Under the pieces are notes generated by a model. That model saw nothing but the letters and a program-made list of their open reading frames with translations, did no database searches and had not been told where the DNA came from. Shown piece by piece: positions 9,827 through 17,856 of a DNA stretch of 36,032 nucleotides. Position numbers and translations under genes: made by a program. Source of the DNA: Rugosibacter sp. (GTDB lineage Bacteria > Pseudomonadota > Gammaproteobacteria > Burkholderiales > Rhodocyclaceae); the NCBI GenBank assembly GCA_049297315.1, contig JBAQUE010000305.1:1-36032 (forward strand), read 5' to 3'. The stretch's first letter is position 1, and each line of letters starts with the position of its first letter.

Positions 9827-9922
9827 TTTAGCGTGAAATACTTGGGGAAGCGCGCTGTGTAATAACCGAGCGAAGCGAGCCAGAAAGAAGCCTCCCCGCG
9901 AGGGGAGGATGGGAGGGGCGGG
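9827..9922. repeat. Dispersed intergenic repeat, copy 2
   Basis: Homologous to 5553-5726; contains CCGAGCGAAGCGAGCC and the CCTCCCC-GCGA-GGGGAGG hairpin. Confidence 0.85.
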
Positions 9923-10059
9923 TCTCTATTTACCGCTTTTCGCGTGTTTCATCATCAGTGGGTGGCCTTCCCGACCATGAACGTTAGGGTTGGGGTTGTG
10001 CTCACATCATGACAAGAAAATAATCTTGCTTATATTCGTTTAATCGTTAGAATGAACAA

Positions 10060-10731
10060 ATGAATAAACGAACCTTGAAAGACCTGCTGTATGAACAAGT
10101 CGCCCGCATCGGCAAGGCCGTCTCCAGTCCGAAGCGGCTGGAGTTGCTGGAGTTGCTGGCCCAGGGCGAAAAAACCGTGGAGGCCCTGGCCGCCGAGCTG
10201 TCAATCGACATCAAACTGACTAGCGCCCACCTGAAGGCCTTGAAGGACGCCCGCCTGGTCACCTCCCGCCGCGATGGCAAATACAGGGTCTACCGGCTTA
10301 CCGGCAGTGACGTGGCTGGCCTTTGGGTGATGTTGCGCCAAGTGGCCGAGGAGCACTTGCTGGAGCTGAGGATGACGCTGGACCGGATGGTGGCGGATCC
10401 TGCCAGGCTCGCCTCTGTCGGCCGCGAAGAACTATTGGAACAGGCGCGACGGGGCGACATCATTGTCATTGACGTCCGCCCGCAGGCCGAGTACGCAACG
10501 GCGCATCTGCCGTTTGCCCGCTCGATGCCCATTGCCGAGATCGAACAACGGCTTGCGGAATTGCCGGCCGGCAAGGATATTGTCGCTTACTGCCGTGGCC
10601 CGTTCTGTCTGCTGGCCGACGAAGCCGTGGCTTTGCTCGGCGCCAAGGGTTACCGGATACGCAAGATTCTTGACGGCGTCAGCGAGTGGCAGGCGGCTGG
10701 GCTGCCGCTGCAGACTTCTGTTGAGGAATGA
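10060..10731 (+). CDS. ArsR/SmtB-family regulator fused to a rhodanese domain
   Basis: N-terminal KAVSSPKRLELLELL...SAHLKALKDARLV.SRRDG winged HTH; C-terminal IDVRP..EY...HLP.A and YCRGPFC rhodanese loop. Confidence 0.93.
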   Translation: MNKRTLKDLLYEQVARIGKAVSSPKRLELLELLAQGEKTVEALAAELSIDIKLTSAHLKALKDARLVTSRRDGKYRVYRLTGSDVAGLWVMLRQVAEEHLLELRMTLDRMVADPARLASVGREELLEQARRGDIIVIDVRPQAEYATAHLPFARSMPIAEIEQRLAELPAGKDIVAYCRGPFCLLADEAVALLGAKGYRIRKILDGVSEWQAAGLPLQTSVEE

Positions 10732-10753
10732 AGCACTGGCCAAGGAGGAAACT

Positions 10754-10816
10754 ATGCGCAAACCGATTCGTAGTTTCGATGGCTTGAAAGCAACCATCAA
10801 ATCAGGAGACAGATAA
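10754..10816 (+). CDS. Possible 20-aa small ORF (MRKPIRSFDGLKATIKSGDR) or gene remnant
   Basis: Consensus SD AAGGAGG 5 nt before ATG; the TAA overlaps the DsrE ATG (TAATG). Confidence 0.3.
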   Translation: MRKPIRSFDGLKATIKSGDR

Positions 10817-11166
10817 TGAGTTCCATACTCTTCATTCTCAACGAAGCACCTTATGGAAGTGAGCGCGCCTACAACGCACTGCGTCTGGCTGGCGCCTTGT
10901 CTGCCAAGGAAGGTCAGCATGTACGAATTTTCCTGCTGGCCGATGCGGTCGGCTGCGCCAAGTCCGGGCAGAAAGTCCCCGAGGGCTACTACAGCGTGCA
11001 ATTGATGCTGGGCAAGGTGCTGCGCCAAGGCGAAGTCGCGTTATGCGGCGCCTGCATGGATGCCCGCGGCCTGACCGAAGCGGAAATCATCGCAGGCGCC
11101 AGGCGTTCGACGCTGGCGCAACTCGCCGACTGGACGGTCGAGGCGGATAGGGTGCTGGTTTTTTAA
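10816..11166 (+). CDS. DsrE/YchN-family sulfur relay protein
   Basis: ILFILNEAPYGSERAYNALRLA, FLLADAV.CA, CGACMDARG, C-terminal ADRVLVF. Confidence 0.9.
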   Translation: MSSILFILNEAPYGSERAYNALRLAGALSAKEGQHVRIFLLADAVGCAKSGQKVPEGYYSVQLMLGKVLRQGEVALCGACMDARGLTEAEIIAGARRSTLAQLADWTVEADRVLVF

Positions 11167-11179
11167 GGAGGAATCGACC

Positions 11180-11917
11180 ATGTTTTTCAAACAACTGGCC
11201 ACCAAAGAATCAGCCCTGTCCTATTTCTTCGGTTGCGCAAGTCTGGGCAAGGCCGTCGCCGTGGATGTCGTTGCGGGTGACGAAGACTGGTTCATCGAGG
11301 AAGCCCGCAAGGCGCAGGTCGACATTCGCTATGTGATCGACACGCATGTTCATGCCGACCATTACTCGGGCGGGCGGGCGCTGGCCCAGCGCGTCGGCGC
11401 ACCGTACTGCCTGCATGAGTCTGACCGGGCGTTGGTGAAGTACGGCTTCGAACCCCTGCATGACGGTCAGTCGCTGGATGTTGGCAACGTCAAGGTCGAG
11501 GTGCTGCATACACCGGGCCATACCCCGGACAGTGTTTGCCTGCTGGTCACCGATGAGCGCCGTGGCGCGGCGCCCTGGTTCGTGATCACCGGCGACACCT
11601 TATTCGTCGGCGCGATAGGCCGCCCCGATTTGGCGGGTCAGGAAGCAGAAATGGCAGCCGTGTTGTACGCCAGCCTGCATGCCAAGTTGCTGACGCTGCC
11701 CGACGAGCTCGAAATTTTCCCCGGCCATCAGGCCGGCAGCGCCTGTGGTGCGGGCTTGTCGGGCAAGCCATCATCGACCCTTGGTTTCGAGAAGCGCTGG
11801 AACCCGGCGCTGACGATGAATCAAGCCGCCTTCGTCGACTACCTGACCAGGGAGATTCCGCCCCGCCCAGCCAATATGGAAGCCATGGTGCGGGCCAACC
11901 TGGGTTTGGGCGCTTAA
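11180..11917 (+). CDS. MBL-fold hydrolase, persulfide dioxygenase (CstB/Blh/ETHE1-like) catalytic domain
   Basis: THVHADH, HTPGHTP, TGDTLF.G..GRPDL, PGH.AGSACG. Confidence 0.85.
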   Translation: MFFKQLATKESALSYFFGCASLGKAVAVDVVAGDEDWFIEEARKAQVDIRYVIDTHVHADHYSGGRALAQRVGAPYCLHESDRALVKYGFEPLHDGQSLDVGNVKVEVLHTPGHTPDSVCLLVTDERRGAAPWFVITGDTLFVGAIGRPDLAGQEAEMAAVLYASLHAKLLTLPDELEIFPGHQAGSACGAGLSGKPSSTLGFEKRWNPALTMNQAAFVDYLTREIPPRPANMEAMVRANLGLGA

Positions 11918-11926
11918 GGCCGACAC

Positions 11927-13156
11927 ATGGCGCCCATCCGCCTCGGGCTGCGTGAAAACCTCGGCCAATTCTCGCTGCTGGTGCTCGTCAATGCCTTTGT
12001 TGGCGCAATGGTGGGCCTGGAGCGCAGCATTCTGCCCGCCATTGCCGAGCAGGAATTTCACATCGTGGCGCGCACGGCGATTCTTTCTTTCATCGTGGTA
12101 TTTGGCGTCACCAAGGCGCTGACGAACTATTTTGCCGGGCGGTTTTCTGACCGCTTTGGCCGCAAGCATGTGCTGGTCGCGGGATGGCTGGTGGCCATCC
12201 CGGTGCCGTTCGCCCTGATGTGGGCGCCAAACTGGCACTGGGTGGTTGCGGCCAATGTGCTGCTCGGCGTGAGCCAGGGGCTGACGTGGTCCACCACAGT
12301 CATCATGAAGATCGACCTGGTCGGCCCGCAACAGCGTGGCTTGGCGATGGGGCTCAACGAGTTTTCCGGCTATTTCGCGGTGGCGGGCAGCGCCCTGGCC
12401 ACCGGCTGGATGGCCGCCCGATATGGGCTGAGGCCCGAGCCGTTCTATCTGGGTATCGTCTATGTCGCCGCCGGGCTGCTGCTTTCCCTGTTCGCGGTCC
12501 GCGAAACCCGGCATCATGTGGCGCATGAAGTACGGGTGCACCATGCGGAAAGCAACGCGGAAAATCTCACGCAAGGCGAGATTTTCCGCCGCACCTCGCT
12601 GACCGACCGCAATCTCTCCAGCGTCAGTCAGGCGGGGCTGGTCAACAACCTGAACGACGGCATGGCCTGGGGCCTGTTCCCGCTGGTCTTCGCCGCAGCC
12701 GGCATGACGCTGGCGCAAATCGGCATCCTCGCCGCGATCTATCCGGCCGTCTGGGGCGCATCGCAAATATTGACCGGCGCCCTGTCCGACAGGATAGGAC
12801 GCAAGTGGCTGATCGTGTGGGGGATGTGGTTGCAGGCAGCGGGCATTGCCGTGACTGCGCTGACGGGGGATTTCCGTGGTTTCGGGCTGGGTGCGGTGTT
12901 GCTTGGTATAGGCACGGCGATGGTCTATCCGACCTTGCTCGCCACCATCGGGGACGTCGCCCATCCCGGCTGGCGCGCTTCCGCCGTGGGCGTCTACCGG
13001 CTCTGGCGCGACCTCGGCTACGCGGTGGGCGCGCTCTTGGCCGGCCTCACCGCCGACCTGTTCGGCCTGGCGTCGGCCCTATGGCTGGTGGCTGTGTTAA
13101 CCTTGCTGTCGGGCATGATCGCGGCAGTGCGGATGAATGAAACCTTGGCAAGGTGA
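11927..13156 (+). CDS. MFS transporter
   Basis: About 12 TM segments; motif A in both halves (GRFSDRFGRK, GALSDRIGRK). Confidence 0.93.
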   Translation: MAPIRLGLRENLGQFSLLVLVNAFVGAMVGLERSILPAIAEQEFHIVARTAILSFIVVFGVTKALTNYFAGRFSDRFGRKHVLVAGWLVAIPVPFALMWAPNWHWVVAANVLLGVSQGLTWSTTVIMKIDLVGPQQRGLAMGLNEFSGYFAVAGSALATGWMAARYGLRPEPFYLGIVYVAAGLLLSLFAVRETRHHVAHEVRVHHAESNAENLTQGEIFRRTSLTDRNLSSVSQAGLVNNLNDGMAWGLFPLVFAAAGMTLAQIGILAAIYPAVWGASQILTGALSDRIGRKWLIVWGMWLQAAGIAVTALTGDFRGFGLGAVLLGIGTAMVYPTLLATIGDVAHPGWRASAVGVYRLWRDLGYAVGALLAGLTADLFGLASALWLVAVLTLLSGMIAAVRMNETLAR

Positions 13157-13204
13157 AAAACATGAACGGGCAGAACAAACCAATTGCATTGATGGAGGTG
13201 CTGC

Positions 13205-13447
13205 ATGATGGGCAACTGGGGTGAATTCGGCTGGTGGGGTATGGGCTTGGGCTTCGTATTCATGATTCTGTTCTGGCTGCTGATCGCTCTTGGGATTGCG
13301 GCCTTGATCCGCTGGCTGCAAGCGCAGCCGGGAAGCAATCAGGGAACGCGCGGGAAGACGCCATTTGAGATCGTGCAGGAACGCTATGCGCGTGGTGAAA
13401 TAGACCGCGACGAATACGAACAGAAGAAACGGGACCTGGGCGCATGA
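13205..13447 (+). CDS. SHOCT-domain single-pass membrane protein
   Basis: Met/Gly/Trp-rich N-terminus, one TM, C-terminal EIVQERYARGEIDRDEYEQKKRDL; SD GGAGG. Confidence 0.85.
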   Translation: MMGNWGEFGWWGMGLGFVFMILFWLLIALGIAALIRWLQAQPGSNQGTRGKTPFEIVQERYARGEIDRDEYEQKKRDLGA

Positions 13448-13475
13448 GCATGAAATTCCCATCTGCCTCGACCGC

Positions 13476-13583
13476 ACGACCACAGCGCCATGCGGCAGGC
13501 TTTGTACTCCCTGCGGCAGGCTTTGTACTCCCTGCGGCAGGCTTTGCACTCCCTGTGGTCGGCTTTGCACTCCCTGTGGTCGT
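13476..13583. repeat. 21-bp tandem array (about 4.4 copies) enclosed by a 10-bp inverted repeat
   Basis: Units start at 13491, 13512, 13533, 13554 and 13575 (TGCGGCAGGCTTTGTACTCCC drifting to TGTGGTCGGCTTTGCACTCCC); ACGACCACAG (13476-13485) is the reverse complement of CTGTGGTCGT (13574-13583). Confidence 0.9.
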
Positions 13584-13617
13584 TTCTGAGCGAGCATTTC
13601 GGTAATCCTGCCGTTCT

Positions 13618-14259
13618 ATGACGCCGGAAAAATACGACGCGTGGTATGACGGCCCTCGTGGGCGCTGGATCGGCGATGCTGAATTCGAGCTTCTTTGCCG
13701 CCATCTCGACATACGTCCTGGCGCAAGCCTGCTTGACGTAGGTTGCGGTACAGGCTGGTTTACCCGGCGTCTTGCTTCGGTAGGTCTTGACGTGACCGGC
13801 CTGGACATCGATGCCGACGCGCTCAATTTTGCCCGTGAACGGGCGCACGATATCCCCTACGTGGAAGGAGATGCTTGCCGCCTGCCTTTCCCCGACCAGT
13901 CCTTCGATCAAGTCATTTCGGTTACGGCATTGTGCTTCGTAGCAGACTGGCCACGCGCGATTGCAGAGATCACGCGCGTCACGCGGCGGCGCTTCGTACT
14001 TGGATTGCTCAACCGGCACAGCCTGCTGTGGCTCGACAAGGGGCGCAACGGCGGCAAGGGTGCGTATCACGGCGCGCATTGGCACACCCGGAAAGAACTT
14101 GCTGAGGCCATGCAGGAACTGTCCGTCGAACACATTCATTTCAGCTCCGCGATATTCCTTCCGTCAGGGACGGATTTTGCGCAGGCCGTGGAACGCACCC
14201 TCCCGAAAAGCATCCCCTGGGGCGCATTTCTGCTCGTCAGCGGCGATGTCGCAAACTGA
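13618..14259 (+). CDS. Class I SAM-dependent methyltransferase (Methyltransf_11-like)
   Basis: LLDVGCGTG, VTGLD, GDA..LPF.D.SFD motifs. Confidence 0.9.
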   Translation: MTPEKYDAWYDGPRGRWIGDAEFELLCRHLDIRPGASLLDVGCGTGWFTRRLASVGLDVTGLDIDADALNFARERAHDIPYVEGDACRLPFPDQSFDQVISVTALCFVADWPRAIAEITRVTRRRFVLGLLNRHSLLWLDKGRNGGKGAYHGAHWHTRKELAEAMQELSVEHIHFSSAIFLPSGTDFAQAVERTLPKSIPWGAFLLVSGDVAN

Positions 14260-14344
14260 CTGCAAGGCAGTCATCGTCTTTAGGTAAACCGATTCCGCTA
14301 CGCTTCCCGCCAAACTGCTTACAATTTCAGCGGCACGTGCTTAT

Positions 14345-14370
14345 TCTCACGTCTCAGGCGTGGGGTTTTT
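14345..14370 (+). terminator. Possible intrinsic terminator
   Basis: TCTCACGTC-tca-GGCGTGGGG hairpin (with G-U pairs) followed by TTTTT. Confidence 0.35.
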
Positions 14371-14447
14371 CGCGTCACCTCCATGCTAAGGAAAACGGCC
14401 TGCGGTAATCAATCCATCTGATGACCTACCTATCGACTGCAGGAAAA

Positions 14448-14476
14448 TTGACATGTGCCTGCGACGAGTTTAGTCT
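14448..14476 (+). promoter_or_regulatory. Candidate sigma70 promoter for the Met-rich protein/copA pair
   Basis: TTGACA-N17-TAGTCT. Confidence 0.5.
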
Positions 14477-14572
14477 GGAGCCGCTTTTACACAGCCAGTC
14501 ATTTGCGCTGCCGAAAGCCGAAAATAGGCTATTTCGTTGGCGGTAACAGCAATACCTACCAGGAGACAAACC

Positions 14573-15088
14573 ATGAAGAGAACCTTAAGTATCGTTGCCG
14601 CATCCATGATGCTGGCATTTACCGTCCACGCCGAAGAGGCGCATCACCCTGAGCAAAAGGCCGATACGGCGGTTGCCAAGGCGGCTGCCCAACCCAGCGG
14701 CGAAGCCATCAAGAAGATGCAGGGCAACGTGAAAAAGATGCGTTCCCAGCTTGACCTCATCGCCAAGGCCAAGACTGACGAAGAGCGGCAGAAGCTGATG
14801 GCCGAACATATGCAGACCATGCGCGAAAACATGATGGCCGCCAAGGGCATGATGAGTGGGGACGCGGCCTGTCCGATGATGAAGGGCGGAAAAGGCGGCA
14901 TGGGTGGCATGGGCGGCATGGGTATGGGTGGCATGGGCATGATGAAGGGTACGGATGGCGAAGTATCCGGACAAGGCATGGGGATGGAGCGCATGCAGAT
15001 GATGGAAAAACGCATGGACATGATGCAGATGAAAATGGATGCCATGATGAAAAATCAATCGGGCGCCGCCACGCCTATGGAAAAGTGA
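14573..15088 (+). CDS. Exported Met-rich protein, probable Cu(I)/Ag(I) binder
   Basis: SD AGGAG; signal peptide MKRTLSIVAASMMLAFTVHA; EEAHHP; 34 Met in 171 aa; directly upstream of a Cu ATPase. Confidence 0.85.
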   Translation: MKRTLSIVAASMMLAFTVHAEEAHHPEQKADTAVAKAAAQPSGEAIKKMQGNVKKMRSQLDLIAKAKTDEERQKLMAEHMQTMRENMMAAKGMMSGDAACPMMKGGKGGMGGMGGMGMGGMGMMKGTDGEVSGQGMGMERMQMMEKRMDMMQMKMDAMMKNQSGAATPMEK

Positions 15089-15209
15089 GACGCACCCGGC
15101 GGTTTGCATGACATGAGCGGCTACTGCATTGCGCAAAGCTCACCATGAGTCGGCCGCCCATCGGCTTTTATGCGCGATGAAGGGTTGCACCTAATCAAGG
15201 AAAGTCAGC

Positions 15210-17537
15210 ATGAATCATGTCCATCAGCCAACCCATCCGCATGAGCATGCCGAGCACACGGCCGCTACCGTGGAAAACAAGGATCCCGTCTGCGGCATGA
15301 CCGTGGCGGCTGACAAGGGTATTTTTTCCGACTACCAGGATAAGCGTTACCTGTTTTGCAACCCCAAATGCAAAACCAAATTTGACCTTGAGCCTGAACG
15401 ATATTTAGGGCCGAAAGAACCTGAACCCGCGATAGAAGGCGCGATTTACACCTGTCCGATGCATCCTGAAATCCGCCAGCCAATGCCGGGAACTTGTCCA
15501 AAGTGCGGCATGGCGCTGGAACCGGAAATGCCCTCTCTGGATGATGAGGAAAACCCAGAATTAACCGACTTTCGCCATCGTTTCTGGTGGACGCTGCCGC
15601 TGACCGTGATTGTCACGACGCTGGCCATGGCGGGCCATAGCCTGGCGTTGATGAGCCCGCAAACCCAGAACTGGGTGGAGCTGGCGCTGGCAACACCCAT
15701 CGTGCTGTGGGCGGGCTGGCCGTTTTTTGTGCGCGGCGTGCAATCGGTCATCACACGCAATCCGAACATGTGGACGCTGATCGGTTCAGGCACTGCCGCC
15801 GCCTATTTTTACAGCGTGGCAGCCACGCTTGTACCGGAGATTTTCCCGCCATCCTTTGTCATGCACGGCCGGGTTGGCGTGTATTTCGAGGCGGCGGCGG
15901 TGATCATTTCCTTAACCTTGCTCGGCCAGATATTCGAGCTGAAGGCGCGCTCGCAGACGTCGGCGGCGATCAAATCCCTGCTCGGCCTGGCGCCCAAGAC
16001 CGCGCGGCGCATCGCTGTTGACGGCAGTGAAGAAGACATTCCGCTAACCCATGTGCATATCGGCGACCGGCTGCGCGTGCGCCCCGGCGAGAAGGTGCCG
16101 GTGGATGGCGTGGTCGAGGAGGGCGCTAGCGCGGTGGATGAGTCCATGCTCACCGGCGAGCCGATTCCCGTTTCCAAGCAGCCCGGCGACAAACTCATCG
16201 GCGCGACGATCAACGCCAATGGCAGCCTGATCATGCGTGCCGAGAAAGTCGGCGCTGCCACCACGCTGGCGCAGATTGTGCAGATGGTCGCGCAGGCGCA
16301 GCGTTCGCGCGCGCCCATGCAGCGGCTGGCGGATGTGGTGGCGGGTTATTTTGTCGTCATTGTGGTGAGCATCGCCTTGCTCACTTTCTTTGGCTGGGGC
16401 TTCTTCGGCCCCGAGCCGAGCTGGGTGTATGGCTTGATCAATGCCGTCTCGGTATTGATTATCGCCTGTCCCTGCGCGCTTGGCCTGGCGACGCCGATGT
16501 CCATCATGGTGGCAACCGGCAAGGCCGCCACGGCGGGCGTGCTGTTCCGTGACGCCGCGGCGATTGAGCAATTGCGCACGATTGATACGTTGATTGTAGA
16601 TAAGACCGGCACGCTCACCGAAGGCAAGCCGGCTTTTCACCGCACGGTCGCCGCCACGGGCTGGAACGAAGACGAGGTGCTGCGCCTGGCCGCCAGCATC
16701 GACCAGGGCAGCGAGCATCCGCTGGCCCATACTATCGTCGCCGAGGCAAGGCGGCGGCAACTGGCGCTGGATAAACCCGAGCGCTTTGAATCCAGCTCCG
16801 GCATCGGCGTGCGCGGGCAGGTTGCAGGCAAGGTGGTGATCCTCGGCAATACCGCCCTGATGGCAGACGAGCAGGTTGCCGTGAGCGACATGGCGAAAGC
16901 CGCCGAAACCCTGCGCACGGAAGGCGCCAGCGTGATGTATCTGGCGGTGGATGGACAACTGGCAGGTCTTTTGGCGGTGGCTGATCCGCTCAAGGCATCA
17001 ACGCCGGAAGCGCTGGCCGGACTCAAGGCGGCTGGCATCCGCGTCATCATGGCGACCGGTGACGGCCTGACCACGGCGCGCGCGATAGCCTCAAGCTTGG
17101 GACTTGATGAAGTGCATGGCGAAGTCAAACCGCGCGACAAGCTGGATTTGGTCGAACGCTTGCAGAAGGAAGGCCGCAAAGTCGCCATGGCCGGCGATGG
17201 CATCAATGATGCGCCGGCGCTGGCGCGCGCTGATGTTGGCATTGCGATGGGCACGGGCACGGACGTGGCGATGAACAGCGCCCAAGTGACGCTGGTCAAG
17301 GGCGATTTGCGCGGCATCCTGCGCGCGCGGGCGCTATCGGTCGCAACGGTCGGCAACATGCGCCAGAACCTGGCCTTTGCCTTTCTCTACAACGCGCTGG
17401 GCATTCCGCTGGCCGCAGGCGTGCTCTATCCCTTCACCGGTTTGCTGCTCTCACCGCTGATTGCGGCTGTGGCCATGAGTTTCAGTTCGGTGTCGGTGAT
17501 TTCCAATGCGCTGCGCTTGCGCCGGGTGAAGATATAA
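15210..17537 (+). CDS. copA: Cu(I)/Ag(I)-translocating P1B-1 ATPase with His-rich, YHS and CPMH metal-binding domains
   Basis: DPVCGM...FC...C (YHS), YTCPMHP...[29 protein letters not shown] and MxxSS. Confidence 0.93.
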   Translation: MNHVHQPTHPHEHAEHTAATVENKDPVCGMTVAADKGIFSDYQDKRYLFCNPKCKTKFDLEPERYLGPKEPEPAIEGAIYTCPMHPEIRQPMPGTCPKCGMALEPEMPSLDDEENPELTDFRHRFWWTLPLTVIVTTLAMAGHSLALMSPQTQNWVELALATPIVLWAGWPFFVRGVQSVITRNPNMWTLIGSGTAAAYFYSVAATLVPEIFPPSFVMHGRVGVYFEAAAVIISLTLLGQIFELKARSQTSAAIKSLLGLAPKTARRIAVDGSEEDIPLTHVHIGDRLRVRPGEKVPVDGVVEEGASAVDESMLTGEPIPVSKQPGDKLIGATINANGSLIMRAEKVGAATTLAQIVQMVAQAQRSRAPMQRLADVVAGYFVVIVVSIALLTFFGWGFFGPEPSWVYGLINAVSVLIIACPCALGLATPMSIMVATGKAATAGVLFRDAAAIEQLRTIDTLIVDKTGTLTEGKPAFHRTVAATGWNEDEVLRLAASIDQGSEHPLAHTIVAEARRRQLALDKPERFESSSGIGVRGQVAGKVVILGNTALMADEQVAVSDMAKAAETLRTEGASVMYLAVDGQLAGLLAVADPLKASTPEALAGLKAAGIRVIMATGDGLTTARAIASSLGLDEVHGEVKPRDKLDLVERLQKEGRKVAMAGDGINDAPALARADVGIAMGTGTDVAMNSAQVTLVKGDLRGILRARALSVATVGNMRQNLAFAFLYNALGIPLAAGVLYPFTGLLLSPLIAAVAMSFSSVSVISNALRLRRVKI

Positions 17538-17548
17538 GTACGGCAAGT

Positions 17549-17598
17549 CTGTTCGTCCTGAGCCTGACGACGCGCTTCGGCAGGCATGACCAGAACAG
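17549..17598. repeat. Long imperfect hairpin (REP-like or terminator) after copA
   Basis: Nested pairings CTGTTC/GAACAG, GTC/GAC, GCCTG/CAGGC and CGA/TCG. Confidence 0.5.
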
Positions 17599-17765
17599 GA
17601 TTTACGACGGCATCATCGTGCCGAAGATAGTACCCGAAAAGTCGGCGCTGGCGATACGGCGAGAGGATGCCCAAAGCGGCTTGTGATGCGGTGCAGGTCG
17701 GCGCCAGCAAGGGCATCAGCCCGCAGCAGACTGTTTTTTACAGGCACTGCCAGAGTGGTATAGAC

Positions 17766-17777
17766 TTGACTGGTCAA
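17766..17777. promoter_or_regulatory. Candidate operator TTGAC-TG-GTCAA
   Basis: 5-2-5 inverted repeat about 80 bp upstream of the FAD oxidoreductase; an 11/12 copy lies upstream of the Rieske ferredoxin. Confidence 0.4.
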
Positions 17778-17856
17778 TTCCCCGGAATGAGGGGGCCTGG
17801 CAAAATAATTTGCTGTTCATAGGTTGTACATAAAAAAACAATTTTGGGGAGGAATT

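Noticed and set aside
9737..9960. T-box or glycine riboswitch upstream of glyQ
   Set aside because: No T-box bulge or glycine aptamer motif was recognised, and the structured sequence is also present upstream of plsC, so it is a repeat
13491..13582. Possible CRISPR array
   Set aside because: The 21-bp units are contiguous with no unique spacers, and no cas genes are present; it is a tandem repeat
13097..13826. Minus-strand ORFs with PQGVQSL or STKPAAG peptide repeats
   Set aside because: They are translations of the 21-bp DNA array and lie antisense to the well-supported SHOCT and methyltransferase genes
10060..14259. Selenocysteine (UGA) recoding in the sulfur cluster genes
   Set aside because: The catalytic positions are ordinary Cys codons and the ORFs appear full length, with stops at expected domain ends
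17798..17813. Sigma54 promoter TGGCAA...TTGC
   Set aside because: The GG-to-GC spacing is 2 nt too long for the -24/-12 consensus
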